Below are positions 29,840-38,995 of a stretch of 64,000 nucleotides of DNA, piece after piece. Source of the DNA: Candidatus Poribacteria bacterium (lineage in GTDB: Bacteria; Poribacteria; WGA-4E; PCPOR2b); assembly GCA_965198175.1 (NCBI GenBank), contig OZ240245.1, positions 4,608,001 through 4,672,000 of the forward strand, in the 5' to 3' direction. How positions within the stretch are numbered: the stretch's first letter is position 1; every line of letters starts with the position of its first letter. The notes under the pieces were generated by a model, which saw only the letters and a list, made by a program, of their open reading frames with translations, was not told the DNA's origin and ran no database searches. Position numbers and translations under genes: made by a program.

Positions 29840-30351
29840 GATTGACGATTATATTGTCCGTCATCTTAATGTTGGGGGCTTGCGGCGATGAATCTGTTGT
29901 TGATGAGCCCCCAACTACTCCTGACACAAACCTAATCGTTCCCGGACAGAGTGCTGCGGGAATTAGCTTGGGAGATGACTATCTGTTGCTTATAGGTAAG
30001 CAACTAACCCCTCCAGTCGAAAGCGAATTTGATAGTGAATTGCGAATCTGGAAGGATAAATGGAATGACGGCTTAACACTTTATGTTGATGAACAATATA
30101 AAATCTACCGAATAATCCTGCGAGCAACTCACACGGCAAAAACTGCTGGAGGTAACGGAATAGGCAGTACCCGTGATGAAGTCAAAGCCGAGTTTACAGC
30201 ACATACCTTTAATTCAGGTCAATCTGCCACAGACGGTAGGGGTACGATAACTGAATACTGGGAAGAAGCAGGTATTGAGTTTGAATACTGGATAGATAAT
30301 TGGACTGTATCGCAGATAATGATTTTACCTAAAGTGGTTTATCCAAAGTAA
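29836..30351 (+). CDS. Putative lipoprotein (paralog of 30431)
   Basis: LGA-C lipobox; LIVPG..AGISLGDD, TAGGNGIGST, GIEFEY. Confidence 0.82.
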   Translation: MRLTIILSVILMLGACGDESVVDEPPTTPDTNLIVPGQSAAGISLGDDYLLLIGKQLTPPVESEFDSELRIWKDKWNDGLTLYVDEQYKIYRIILRATHTAKTAGGNGIGSTRDEVKAEFTAHTFNSGQSATDGRGTITEYWEEAGIEFEYWIDNWTVSQIMILPKVVYPK

Positions 30352-30430
30352 ACTTTAGCTTATAAGCCTACCAGCGGTGAGTTATAGTTTCAGTAGCCTT
30401 CTCACTGCATTTTGCAAAAGGAGGACAACA

Positions 30431-30970
30431 ATGAAAGTGTTACTCATGCTATCGGTTATAACCATCGCCGTAGTCGCTTGTGGCGATGATGATGAAATAG
30501 ACCAGAGTGTCCTTCACTCTTTAATCGTGCCGGGAGAAGAAATCGCAGGCATTAAGCTAGGCGATGATTTAGAGAAAGTAACGGACCTATACGGCGATCC
30601 AATCCTTGAATTTAGACCTGAGTGGTATAATGCTGACAATTCTGATTGGGAATACGCTCACGACTGGAGTGATATTGGCGTAACTGTATTTTTTAATCGC
30701 ACTGGTAAGGCGGTAGAAATAGGGGTACGGACGCCAAATCGTTCATATACCGAAGGTGGGAATGGCATTGGTAGCACTTGGGAAGAGGTAGATGATGAAT
30801 TTGGTGAAATAGGCAAGTTACATATCACTTCAGGTCAGGGTGGCGTATATTTCGGTGATGGTGGTAGAACAGATTATTTCGATGCTTACGAGGATTTAGG
30901 AATTGAATTTAGATATTCAATTACGCCTTTCAAAGTGGTGCAAATAGTAATCTTTAATCGAGATAGATAA
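30431..30970 (+). CDS. Putative lipoprotein (paralog of 29836)
   Basis: VVA-C lipobox; LIVPG..AGIKLGDD, TEGGNGIGST, GIEFRY. Confidence 0.82.
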   Translation: MKVLLMLSVITIAVVACGDDDEIDQSVLHSLIVPGEEIAGIKLGDDLEKVTDLYGDPILEFRPEWYNADNSDWEYAHDWSDIGVTVFFNRTGKAVEIGVRTPNRSYTEGGNGIGSTWEEVDDEFGEIGKLHITSGQGGVYFGDGGRTDYFDAYEDLGIEFRYSITPFKVVQIVIFNRDR

Positions 30971-31579
30971 TAGGCTAAACCTTACAAAGTGAAACAAAAA
31001 AGCTAGCCCGTGGAAACATCAACTCTCTTTGAATCCTACGACAAGCAATCTAACGACTATAGTGCGCAGATAGCTCAACTGGAACAACACGTTGGGATCA
31101 AACGAACGAATAGTGAGTGCGATAGAGATCCGTATTGAGTTTGGCGTTGGACATCCAAAATAAAGCCTCGACTTGGCTCAATTGAATCGGTCTCAAAAGC
31201 GACAGATGGTTGACGCTTTGCACACCGATTACTCGGTTCGACGCAGTTGAAACCTGACTAAATTGCCAAGGTCTTCCACATTATATCTCATTCATTCCTG
31301 TCCAAAGAATGGGGGTAAGTTCACTTCCGACAGATTTTAAATACAATCATTTGGTTGTCGTACTTGACGAAGATACAGCACCTCTCGCCAGCGATGAACT
31401 AATGCTCAAGGTTTCACGCCTAGAATGTAAGCGTTTAGAACGCTGCTCGGATTGTCGAGAAGCAGACCGCATGTGCCGCCATCGGAATCTTCTTTTCAAT
31501 TTGACTGTAATTCTATCATAGTCTTGGTTTAGACACTCGTCTAAATTGCCGATGGCAGTACATTCGATCTTGAGGATAA

Positions 31580-33505
31580 TCAATTAGCCTTCTGCAAGGC
31601 GATCATTGATTGTCTATATGCCTCCGGTACGCCGATGTCAAAACACTTGCCTTTGACAAGATAACCCGAAAACCCCTCCTCTTGCCGCAACTTGTCGAGG
31701 CAAGAGGTCAACTGAAATTCTCCTCGCTCGCGGACGTTATGGGTGATATGTTCTTCCAGATAGTGGAAGATATTTGGTGTGATGACATACTGACCGAATA
31801 GGGTTAGGAAAAGATTGGCTTCCAGTCCTTCCACATGAAGATGTTCTTGAGCATAATTGATATCAGGTTTTTCGTAGAACGCCGTCACCGAAAGCAGAGA
31901 ACCCCGCTCTTGCCAAATTCCGTTAACACAACCGAACTTGTGAAGTTCTGATTCGGGTGTGATTTTCAATCCAACCACGCTGTGCCCTACACGATCGTAT
32001 ACTTCCAAAAGCTGCTGCGCGCACGGGGTCTCACTATCGGATGCGTACAAGTGGTCACCCAACATGAGTAGAAAGGGCTCATCCCTTACCCACTTCCGTG
32101 CACAAAATACAGCATGTCCAAACCCTTCCTGAACATCCTGGGTAACCAGTGTAATTCGGTGTCCCAAGTCGAGGAGATACTGACAATACTGCTGGTCCGC
32201 CCGGGACAGTTTATTGAAGTTTTCCACTCGTGGTGGTGCGCTGAAAAACTCTTCGAACAGTTTGCGGTCTCCGCTTTGCACAATCAGACAAATCTCTTCA
32301 ATTCCGGCGCTGATTGCTTCCTCAACAATCGCCATAATCACGGGCTTGGCTCGTCCTTCTCGATCGATGATAGGAAATAGCTCCTTTTTTATCGCCTTTG
32401 AGGCAGGGAACAAACGGGTGCCAAAACCCGCCGCAGGGATGACTGCCCTCCGAACTCGCCGTCCTGACTGAATCGCAAGCTTCAAACATGACATCTGAAG
32501 ATCTCGTTCAAGAATATCGATGACCTTCTGCTGGCTCTCTTCATCTTTGACAATAAATTGCGCGGAGCCATCCCCTTGTGAGCCTACGCCCTTTCCACCG
32601 AGTATATACGGCTGAATAGCTTCATAATTCAGGACTTGGTGTAGGACTGGGGCAGTTAATTGTGACGGGCATGCGGGCTGAAGATGCTTGTCGAATTCCG
32701 CCTGCGCTCTTTTCATGAGGCTGCCAATTCGTACCGCATCTCCCTTGCGCAGCGCATCGGATGCCTCGTGAGTTACTTCTGCGTTAATCTGCCCTAGATA
32801 TTTCTGGACATTTTTTTGGAGTTCGTCCTCAGCAAAAGGATAACAGTGATTCAGTCGGTTCAGAATTTCTTTGGTGTCTTTACTAGCTCCAAGGTCTACA
32901 ATGACAAAGAACAAGTCGTTCGGTATACTAAGGGGCTCGACATCAATTCGATCGCCGTCGAAGGTCATCATGATGGGACGATTCCCGTACGCGCACCCCT
33001 GATCCATCCGACCACAGCGGGAAGGCGTAGTAATCTCACCGAGGTATGCGCACTCCATTTCGCCGCGAACCGTCAATTTTAAATCATAAATTCGGTTGAA
33101 TGCACGGGCGACCAGCACGCAGACCGCGGCGCTGGACGAAAGCCCTTTCTTCACAGGCAGATCTGTACGGTAGTTATTAATCTCAAGTCCGCGCACACGG
33201 TAGTGAGTAAGAATCTGATAGGCAACGCCGGCAGCATAACTGAAAAAACCGCCCTTTTCAGCCTCGGCTAGCAGCGTTTCACGCTCCATAGACAGTTCAA
33301 AGGGACCTTCTCGTGTTTCATCGCTCAGCGAGGTATAAAGAATCAGTTTGGTTGGATGTGGCTTTACTTCGGCGTACAGTCCTTGACTGGTGCCCGTGAT
33401 TAGTGTGTAACCCTTCTCTAAATTGGCATTGGTGCGACGATAGCCGCCTGCCCAATCGCTGTGCTCACCAAATAGACAAATACGTCCCGGCGCAAAAATC
33501 TTCAA
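31580..33505 (-). CDS. Bifunctional GHMP-family sugar kinase / GalU-like nucleotidyltransferase
   Basis: APGRICLFGEHSD, PVKKGLSSSA, CGRMDQ; then AVIPAAGFGTRLFPASKAIKKEL, GFGHAV, EKP. Confidence 0.9.
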   Translation of the reverse strand: MKIFAPGRICLFGEHSDWAGGYRRTNANLEKGYTLITGTSQGLYAEVKPHPTKLILYTSLSDETREGPFELSMERETLLAEAEKGGFFSYAAGVAYQILTHYRVRGLEINNYRTDLPVKKGLSSSAAVCVLVARAFNRIYDLKLTVRGEMECAYLGEITTPSRCGRMDQGCAYGNRPIMMTFDGDRIDVEPLSIPNDLFFVIVDLGASKDTKEILNRLNHCYPFAEDELQKNVQKYLGQINAEVTHEASDALRKGDAVRIGSLMKRAQAEFDKHLQPACPSQLTAPVLHQVLNYEAIQPYILGGKGVGSQGDGSAQFIVKDEESQQKVIDILERDLQMSCLKLAIQSGRRVRRAVIPAAGFGTRLFPASKAIKKELFPIIDREGRAKPVIMAIVEEAISAGIEEICLIVQSGDRKLFEEFFSAPPRVENFNKLSRADQQYCQYLLDLGHRITLVTQDVQEGFGHAVFCARKWVRDEPFLLMLGDHLYASDSETPCAQQLLEVYDRVGHSVVGLKITPESELHKFGCVNGIWQERGSLLSVTAFYEKPDINYAQEHLHVEGLEANLFLTLFGQYVITPNIFHYLEEHITHNVRERGEFQLTSCLDKLRQEEGFSGYLVKGKCFDIGVPEAYRQSMIALQKAN

Positions 33506-33922
33506 TCCCTCTTTCCTCCAGTTTTTTACTTGCTTCGGCAAAATCGGTAAAGCCAACAAGAACTACGTTAAATGGTAGTATATGGGCTGCCCTTTGGTCA
33601 ACACTTTTTCCGTAACTTTTGCCAAATTCGTCTTCTCTTCAACCCAGACACGGTTTCATGTACCATTTTCCTGTTTTTTTTCGTTATAGTACCGTGTCAA
33701 TATGCCAGACCGGCACTATAGATTTCCGTCGAATAGCTGGACGACCACAGTGGAGAAATTTATAGCCTCAGTCAATAAAGAAAAACATAAAAGTTCTGCT
33801 GGAGACTTGATTTTCATTTCACGGTGCGCTATAATGAGGTTTGTACAATAATAATGTTTTGATTGTGTATAAGAAACGCTTAGGAAAATGACCACCGCTG
33901 GAACGAAGGGGAATTTCAAGGG

Positions 33923-35017
33923 ATGAAAAAAACTCCTCTCTATGAAACTCATCGCGATCTTGGCGCGACTTTTAGAGAGATTCATGAAGGCTGGGAATTG
34001 GTTGACCATTTCACTAATCCTCAGCAGGAACACCATGCGGTGAGAGCTGGGGTTGGCATTTTAGACCTCTCGCATCGCGGTAGGCTTCGCCTCACTGGTG
34101 AAGATCGCGCGAAATATTTACATCGGATTGTCTCCAACGATGTTGAAGGACTTAAAGTCGGGGAAGGAAACTACGCAACCATCTTGACAAATCGTGGGAA
34201 ACTCCTTGCAGACATGAGAATGTATGTTTTGGAGGGAACTATCGACATTGAGACCAGCGCAGAAACAACACAAATTCTCACCCGAGAATTAGAAAAGTAC
34301 CTAATCGCGGACGATGTGGCTATAGAGGATGTTACAGATAGGACAGGTCTGATTGGATTACACGGTCCAAAATCGGTGGATTTTATCCGGAACGCCTTTG
34401 GAATCGACCTTGATGGACTCCATGAACATCATACAGTTTCTAATAGAGTGGAAGGCCAGTGGATTGTGTGTATTCGGGCAAACGAAACCGGTGAAATTGG
34501 CTACAACCTCTACACAACGTCTGCATCAACGGAATGGCTATGGGATGCGACCCTGACCAAAGGACGGGAGTTTGACGCTTACCCCGTGGGACTGACTGCC
34601 CTGAATTCACTTCGGATTGAAGCAGGACTCCCTCAATACGGCGCAGAATTGAACGATTCAATCATCCCACTAGAAGCAGAGCTAGAGAATGCTCTCGATT
34701 TCGAGAAAGGGTGCTATATTGGTCAGGAGATTGTCGCACGGATGAAGCATCGCGGTCACCCGAATCGACTGTTGCGGGGATTCAATATTGACGACGATAC
34801 CCCACCGCAGCAGGGCAGTCTCATTTTCAGTGGTGAAAAGGAAGTTGGTTGGATTACTAGCGCGACCAATTCTCCAACGCTTGGTAAAACTATCGCCATG
34901 GGGTATGTGCGGACTGCCTTTACGGATAGTGGCAGTAAAGTAGAAGTCGAAACCACAACCGGTCGAGTGAACGCTACGGTCGTACTTCTACCCTTTATAA
35001 AACGTAAAAAGGGATGA
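33923..35017 (+). CDS. GcvT/YgfZ-family aminomethyltransferase-like folate-binding protein
   Basis: KTPLYETH, DLSHRG, LRIEAG, KGCYIGQE. Confidence 0.9.
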   Translation: MKKTPLYETHRDLGATFREIHEGWELVDHFTNPQQEHHAVRAGVGILDLSHRGRLRLTGEDRAKYLHRIVSNDVEGLKVGEGNYATILTNRGKLLADMRMYVLEGTIDIETSAETTQILTRELEKYLIADDVAIEDVTDRTGLIGLHGPKSVDFIRNAFGIDLDGLHEHHTVSNRVEGQWIVCIRANETGEIGYNLYTTSASTEWLWDATLTKGREFDAYPVGLTALNSLRIEAGLPQYGAELNDSIIPLEAELENALDFEKGCYIGQEIVARMKHRGHPNRLLRGFNIDDDTPPQQGSLIFSGEKEVGWITSATNSPTLGKTIAMGYVRTAFTDSGSKVEVETTTGRVNATVVLLPFIKRKKG

Positions 35018-35083
35018 GTAGTTCAGAGATATGCCGTTCACGCCGACCAAGAACGATGCTAACTCAAGGACAGAGAAAACTTA

Positions 35084-35635
35084 ATGGAAACGAAAATCAA
35101 CCGAACGCTTCTTACAGTTGTTCAAGGGGATATCACCACTCAGGAAGTTGACGCCATCGTTAACGCTGCCAACTCCAGCCTGATTGGGGGTGGCGGCGTT
35201 GATGGAGCGATTCGTCGTGCGGGTGGACCGAAGATCTCGGAAGAATGTAAAGAGATTCGCGCCCGTCAGGGAGGCTGTCCCGCAGGGAAAGCAGTCATCA
35301 CAACGGGCGGAGATTTACTGTCGAAGTATGTCATTCATACCGTTGGTCCTGTGTGGCACGGCGGGAACTCAAATGAACCTGAAACTCTGGCAAGTTGTTA
35401 CCGAGAGAGTTTATCTTTAGCCCTAGACCATCAAATCGAAACAATCGCTTTCCCCTCGATTAGCACAGGAATTTTCGGTTATCCCACTGAGAAAGCGTCG
35501 GCTGTCGCTATCAACACGATTAAGTCATTCCTCGAAGGACATGAAGGTGTTGTGGAAGTCCGTTTTGTTTTGTTCGATGATGACACGTACCATTCTTATG
35601 AAGGAGCGCTTCGGGAACTTAGCGTTCAAACGTAA
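35084..35635 (+). CDS. Macro-domain O-acetyl-ADP-ribose deacetylase (YmdB-like)
   Basis: QGDIT..DAIVNAANSSLIGGGGVDGAI, HTVGPVW, FPSISTGIFGYP. Confidence 0.93.
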   Translation: METKINRTLLTVVQGDITTQEVDAIVNAANSSLIGGGGVDGAIRRAGGPKISEECKEIRARQGGCPAGKAVITTGGDLLSKYVIHTVGPVWHGGNSNEPETLASCYRESLSLALDHQIETIAFPSISTGIFGYPTEKASAVAINTIKSFLEGHEGVVEVRFVLFDDDTYHSYEGALRELSVQT

Positions 35636-35711
35636 TCATTAAGATTAGCTTAACAAAAAAGCCATATAGTGTTGATTTGCTATATGGCGAATCTTGCAGC
35701 AGTGAGAACAA

Positions 35712-35795
35712 TGCCGGAGGTCGGACTCGAACCGACATGAGCCGAGGCTCGCTGGATTTTGAGTCCAGTGCGTATACCGATTTCACCACTCCGGC
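35712..35795 (-). tRNA. tRNA-Leu (CAA)
   Basis: GCCGGAG acceptor stem, CTGGA-CT-CAA-AA-TCCAG anticodon arm, long variable arm, GGTTCGAGTCC; CCA not encoded. Confidence 0.96.
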
Positions 35796-35889
35796 AGGAT
35801 ACATTTTATCGTAACATATCTCAGCAAAAATAACAAGAGCAAAATCCGTCGAAGCTGTGTAAAGTAACTCTTGGAGAGGTGTGAGTTAA

Positions 35890-37782
35890 TTGACTGTCTA
35901 TCCTAAACAATACGATGTTATCGTTGTCGGTGCGGGTCATGCCGGCTGTGAAGCCGCGCTTGCAGCATCGCGGATGGGATGTGAGACATTGATTGTCACA
36001 ATCAATTTAGACACAATCGCCAAAATGTCTTGCAATCCGGCGATTGGCGGACTTGCCAAAGGGCATCTCGTTAAAGAGATTGATGCTCTCGGCGGTGAGA
36101 TGGCAAAAAATATCGATAAAGCGGGAATTCAATTTCGCCAGTTGAATACGAAGAAAGGTCCCGCTGTCCGTTCAAGTCGTGCTCAAGCTGATAAAAAGGC
36201 GTATGAGTATGAGATGAAAAAAGTGCTGGAGAAACAAGCACACCTCGATATTAAACAAGTAATGGTCGAGGAGCTGCTGACGGAAGATGGAGGGTGCATC
36301 GGTATACTCAGTCATACCAAAACCGCCTATCTTGGCAAAACGGTTATCCTGACCACAGGCACATTTCTCAAGGGATTAGTTCATGTCGGCGAAGTATCTT
36401 ACAGTGCCGGACGTGCTGGAGAATCTTCCGCCGAGAAGCTATCAGAGAGTTTCTTGAAACTTGGGTTTGAAATCGGTCGTCTAAAGACCGGAACACCTCC
36501 CCGCGTCAAAAAAGATACCGTGAATTTTGATGTTATGGCGATTCAACCGGGTGATGAACCACCACGTCCGTTTTCTTTCTCAACTGAAAAAATCACTCAA
36601 CCGCAGATGCTGTGCCACTTGACCTATACGAATGAGAAAACGCACCAGATTATTCGGGACAACCTCCACAAATCTGCGATGTATAGTGGACGAATAACCG
36701 GTATTGGGCCCAGATACTGCCCTTCAATTGAGGACAAAGTGGTGCGCTTCTCTGATAAAGATCGCCATCAGATTTTTGTCGAACCTGAAGGCAGAGATAC
36801 TGATGAAATCTACTTGAACGGAATTTCCGCCAGCCTGCCTGAAGACGTTCAAGTTGAGATGGTGCACAGCATCGATGGGTTGGAAAACGCAGAGATTATG
36901 CGCTTTGCATATGCAGTGGAATACGATTTTGCCCCTGCAACGCAGATCTATCCAACCCTCGAAACGAAGCGTGTGGAGAATCTTTACTTTGCCGGTCAAT
37001 TGAATGGAACCACCGGTTACGAAGAAGCCGCTGCACAAGGGCTGATGTCCGGAATCAATGCTGCCTTAAAAGTACGCGGTGAAGAACCGCTAGTCCTCGA
37101 TCGTTCCCAAGCTTATATCGGTGTGCTAATTGATGACCTCGTTACGAGGGATATCCGCGAACCGTACCGCATGTTCACCTCACGTGCGGAGTATCGTCTA
37201 GAACTTCGCGAGGACAATGCCGACTTACGACTGACCGAAATCGGACAGCGAATTGGGCTTGTTGATGACTGCGCCTACAATCAATTCGGACATAAAAGGC
37301 AACTCATCCAAGAGGAGCTTGAACGCTTAAACCAAACAATTCTCAAACCAACCGCTGGGACGCTAGATAGCTTGAAACAAGTTGGGATCGATAGGTTAGA
37401 TAAACCAACTTCTCTGGCTGATTTACTCAAACGCCCTGAATTGAGTTATGAAGGGATTAAACAACTCTCGCTCCCTCTACAACTACTTCCAGCAGCGGTG
37501 GAGAAACAGGTGGAGATTCAGATTAAATATGATGGATATATTCGCCGTCAAATACTTCAGATTGAACAGTTCAAGAAGCTGGAGCATCTTCAGATTCCGG
37601 ACGATTTTGATTACGAAACCATCCACGGATTAAAAACCGAAGCACGTGAAAAACTCGCAGAGATTCACCCAGTGTCCATCGGGCAGGCGTCGCGCATCCC
37701 CGGTGTTTCGCCCGCGGATATCTCCATCTTGATGGTCTGGATCAAAGAATCCCAGCGAAGCCGAGCGGTGAAAATCGCCTGA
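35890..37782 (+). CDS. mnmG: tRNA uridine-5-carboxymethylaminomethyl modification enzyme
   Basis: GAGHAGCEAA, MSCNPAIGG, RLKTGTPPR, GPRYCPSIEDK, YRMFTSRAEYRL. Confidence 0.98.
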   Translation: MTVYPKQYDVIVVGAGHAGCEAALAASRMGCETLIVTINLDTIAKMSCNPAIGGLAKGHLVKEIDALGGEMAKNIDKAGIQFRQLNTKKGPAVRSSRAQADKKAYEYEMKKVLEKQAHLDIKQVMVEELLTEDGGCIGILSHTKTAYLGKTVILTTGTFLKGLVHVGEVSYSAGRAGESSAEKLSESFLKLGFEIGRLKTGTPPRVKKDTVNFDVMAIQPGDEPPRPFSFSTEKITQPQMLCHLTYTNEKTHQIIRDNLHKSAMYSGRITGIGPRYCPSIEDKVVRFSDKDRHQIFVEPEGRDTDEIYLNGISASLPEDVQVEMVHSIDGLENAEIMRFAYAVEYDFAPATQIYPTLETKRVENLYFAGQLNGTTGYEEAAAQGLMSGINAALKVRGEEPLVLDRSQAYIGVLIDDLVTRDIREPYRMFTSRAEYRLELREDNADLRLTEIGQRIGLVDDCAYNQFGHKRQLIQEELERLNQTILKPTAGTLDSLKQVGIDRLDKPTSLADLLKRPELSYEGIKQLSLPLQLLPAAVEKQVEIQIKYDGYIRRQILQIEQFKKLEHLQIPDDFDYETIHGLKTEAREKLAEIHPVSIGQASRIPGVSPADISILMVWIKESQRSRAVKIA

Positions 37783-37919
37783 AGTTCATGTAATGTGAAA
37801 ATTTTAAACCGCACCGAACAAACAAGGTCAGTCTTCAATGGGTCTGAGGGGAACACTAATTTTGAAAGTCTATAGCATCTTTTTTGGTCGCTGATGCGTA
37901 TGTAGATGAGATTCATAAA

Positions 37920-38627
37920 ATGTGTCAGGAAGATGAATTTCGAAACCTCCTAAAGCAAACCTTTCTTCATCACGGCTTCCCGCTAACAGATTTACAGATT
38001 AATCAATATATCACGTACTGGACTGAACTCAAACGCTGGAATTCACGGATCAATCTGACATCGATTCGGGATGATTATGGAATTATTGTTAAACACTTCC
38101 TCGATTCGTTGAGTGTGCTTCACCATTTTCCTATCAAACCGTACGATTCAGTGATTGATATCGGGACAGGAGCGGGCTTCCCTGGTGTTCCGATAAAAAT
38201 TCGCCTCCCCAAGATTCGGCTTATCCTAGTCGAATCTTCGCTGAAGAAGGTGAGTTTCCTACACTTCCTTATCGCTCAGCTCCGAAGGGATGCGCAATCG
38301 AATGCCTCCACAACATGGGAAAATGTACGTGTTATTGGGGAGCGCGCTGAAGAATGTGCTGAACAGAGCCAGCATGCCAACGCTTATGATTGGGTACTTA
38401 CACGTTATGTCGCCTCTCTGGAGGATTCGATAACTTACTGCCTGCCGCTACTAAAACCAGATGGAACATGGATTGCGTATAAGTCGCGTAACGTCGAAAC
38501 CGAAATTCGGAGGACAATTTCTAAATTGCAGCTCCGCGACGGAAGCATCCAATCCATTATTAACGGTCAAATTGACGAACTCAATCGCACCTACGTCGCC
38601 ATACGAAGGATTAAGGAGCTTCATTAG
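37920..38627 (+). CDS. rsmG: 16S rRNA m7G527 methyltransferase
   Basis: WNSRINLT..KHFLDS, DIGTGAGFPG; follows mnmG; start uncertain. Confidence 0.93.
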   Translation: MCQEDEFRNLLKQTFLHHGFPLTDLQINQYITYWTELKRWNSRINLTSIRDDYGIIVKHFLDSLSVLHHFPIKPYDSVIDIGTGAGFPGVPIKIRLPKIRLILVESSLKKVSFLHFLIAQLRRDAQSNASTTWENVRVIGERAEECAEQSQHANAYDWVLTRYVASLEDSITYCLPLLKPDGTWIAYKSRNVETEIRRTISKLQLRDGSIQSIINGQIDELNRTYVAIRRIKELH

Positions 38628-38972
38628 ATGTTTGAGACAACCATCAGTAAGCACAATATCCCCATTCTTCGCGTTGAGGGCAAAATCATTGGAAATGCTG
38701 CACACGCACTTCGTCGTGAAATGGATAAGCAAATCGAGCAGAGCGAAGGGCGTCTGATTCTAGACTTGACGAACGTTCCACTACTAGATAGCGCCGCGCT
38801 TGGAATGATTATAGCCATCCTGCAGATTCTCAAAAAGCAGGGTGGGACGCTTGCCTTACTGAACCCGCAAAAAGCAGTTATGAATGTCTTACAGGTTACA
38901 CGACTTAACACCATTCTTGAAATCTACATGGACGAAGAATCTGCAATAAACGCGTTTAATCCGGACGGATAA
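38628..38972 (+). CDS. STAS-domain anti-sigma factor antagonist
   Basis: LDLTNVPLLDSAALG phosphoserine motif. Confidence 0.9.
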   Translation: MFETTISKHNIPILRVEGKIIGNAAHALRREMDKQIEQSEGRLILDLTNVPLLDSAALGMIIAILQILKKQGGTLALLNPQKAVMNVLQVTRLNTILEIYMDEESAINAFNPDG

Positions 38973-38995
38973 CCATCATCAATTGACAACTGACA

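Noticed and set aside
30990..31140. IS3 OrfA-like remnant (ETSTLFES..AQIAQLEQHVG)
   Set aside because: Only a vague resemblance; no IRs or OrfB.
35640..35800. tRNA-Leu as an integration site
   Set aside because: No duplicated tRNA 3' end or adjacent integrase was seen, and the flanking genes are housekeeping.
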